64,000 nucleotides of DNA, from assembly GCA_035063585.1 (NCBI GenBank), contig JAPSGB010000001.1, positions 32,001 to 96,000 on the forward strand, given 5' to 3'. Below the pieces are notes generated by a model. It was given only the letters and a program-made list of their open reading frames with translations. It was not told where the DNA came from and made no database searches. Shown here piece after piece: positions 62,961 to 64,000 of the stretch. The DNA is from Polyangiaceae bacterium. Its GTDB lineage: Bacteria > Myxococcota_A > Polyangia > Polyangiales > Polyangiaceae. Every line of letters begins with the position of its first letter. The first letter of the stretch is position 1. A program made the translations under genes and the position numbers.

Positions 62961-64000
62961 ATGCGAACGCTCCCGCTCGCCGTCTTCTTCGTCTGGGCGT
63001 CCGGGTGCTCGGGCGCACCACCGAAAACAGCGGAGCCGCTGCGTCCTCCGGTCAAGGGTCGGTCCGGCGCGGGAACACGCGGGGCGCCGGGCGGCCTTCC
63101 CGCGACGCTCATCGGGATGGTGGGCGCGGGGACCTACGGCCCGTACCTCGGGCGGCGCGACGACGCGCTCCTCGCGGTTTGGGCGGCGAGGTCCGGCGAG
63201 AGCGGCAAGCGCGGGTGGTACACGATCGCGCTCGACCCGCGCGGCAGGCCACTCGCGGAGGCCGCTCGCATCGGTGACGCGCCGGCGGAGCCCGGCCTGG
63301 TCGCGGTGCGACCCTCGGGTGGGGAAGGCACCCCGAACCCGGTGCCGGGCGCGCTCGAGGCGCGTGGCTTCCTCTTGCTCGCGACCGAGCGCGGACAGGG
63401 CGGGACCCGACTCTACGCGACCTCGCTCGGCACCCGCGGCGAGCTGCGCGGCGGACCCTCCACCATCGCCACGAGCGGCGACGACCTCGTGTGGATCGAC
63501 GCGGTGCCCACGCGGCGGAGCACGCTCGCGGTGTGGGCGGTCCGGCGCGAGAGCCACGCGGACGTCTACGCGGCGGAGATCGGCCTCGCCAGTGAGCGGA
63601 TCGCCGCGGCGGAGTTGGTCGTGCAAGGGGCGCGCGCGTGGCAGGTGGCCCCGCTCGCCGACGGCGCGGCGGTCGCGGCCGTGACGAGCGCGTCGGGCGG
63701 CGCCACGGGCACGGTCGAGGTCGTGTACCTCGACCAGGCCGGCAAGCCGTCACGGCCCCTCGAGGTGAGCGGCGAGCCCACCGCCGCGCCCGACCTCGAC
63801 ATGGTGAGCACGGGGAGCGGGCTCACGCTCGCGTGGTCGGACGGCCGCGGGCTCGAGGAGGTGATCTACACCGCCCGCGTGGACGCGCGCGGCGGGCTCG
63901 CGCGCCCGCCGGCGCCGCTCACGCCGCCGTCCGGCGAGCAAGCGCTCCTACGCCTGGTCACGCCGCTCGACGAGGCGAGCCCGGCGTGGGTGGCGTGGGA
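62961..64000 (+). CDS. Hypothetical lipoprotein, truncated by the window end
   Basis: MRTLPLAVFFVWASGC lipobox; beta-rich repeats (LAVW, LAWSD); absent from the ORF track, consistent with no stop in the window. Confidence 0.75.
   Translation, partial: MRTLPLAVFFVWASGCSGAPPKTAEPLRPPVKGRSGAGTRGAPGGLPATLIGMVGAGTYGPYLGRRDDALLAVWAARSGESGKRGWYTIALDPRGRPLAEAARIGDAPAEPGLVAVRPSGGEGTPNPVPGALEARGFLLLATERGQGGTRLYATSLGTRGELRGGPSTIATSGDDLVWIDAVPTRRSTLAVWAVRRESHADVYAAEIGLASERIAAAELVVQGARAWQVAPLADGAAVAAVTSASGGATGTVEVVYLDQAGKPSRPLEVSGEPTAAPDLDMVSTGSGLTLAWSDGRGLEEVIYTARVDARGGLARPPAPLTPPSGEQALLRLVTPLDEASPAWVAW
63056..63076 (+). repeat. Dispersed motif copy 11, in the lipoprotein N-terminal linker
   Basis: GGGTCGGTCCGGCGCGGGAAC (one extra G); encodes G-R-S-G-A-G. 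Confidence 0.8.

Noticed and set aside
1..64000. tRNA/rRNA genes, transposases, integrases, prophage or defence genes
   Set aside because: None recognised by eye; very short or divergent elements could have been missed

Overview
Very GC-rich bacterial chromosomal segment. The gene content and the Gly/Ser-linker, Cys-rich lipoproteins point to a myxobacterium (Polyangiaceae/Sorangiineae-like; inference). It holds about 52 genes. These are ppk1; a split molybdenum-cofactor set (moeA-mobA-NTPase-MTase ... moaE, NarM-like/MoaC fusion ... moaA) interrupted by an ovothiol (ovoA)-ADP-ribosylglycohydrolase-like-FNR cassette and pirin; DAHP synthase; two envelope-glycosylation clusters (GT-C/gmhA/epimerase and beta-helix/GT-C/B12-radical SAM/GT2/GT-C/asnB); coaX, pcnB, proB, sppA, UGPase, several proteases, an orphan MCP and a histidine kinase. 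No rRNA, tRNA, CRISPR or transposase was seen. The two strongest non-coding signals are: (1) a sigma-54 promoter driving a ~106-nt two-hairpin small RNA with an exposed C-rich anti-Shine-Dalgarno-like loop and intrinsic terminator (25349-25454); (2) a non-palindromic motif, consensus GTCGGTCCGGCGCGGAA, found at least 11 times on both strands, in intergenic DNA and inside genes in different reading frames, resembling an uptake-sequence or architectural motif. All family assignments are from motif recognition by eye, and start codons were adjusted by hand where the ORF track over-extends.
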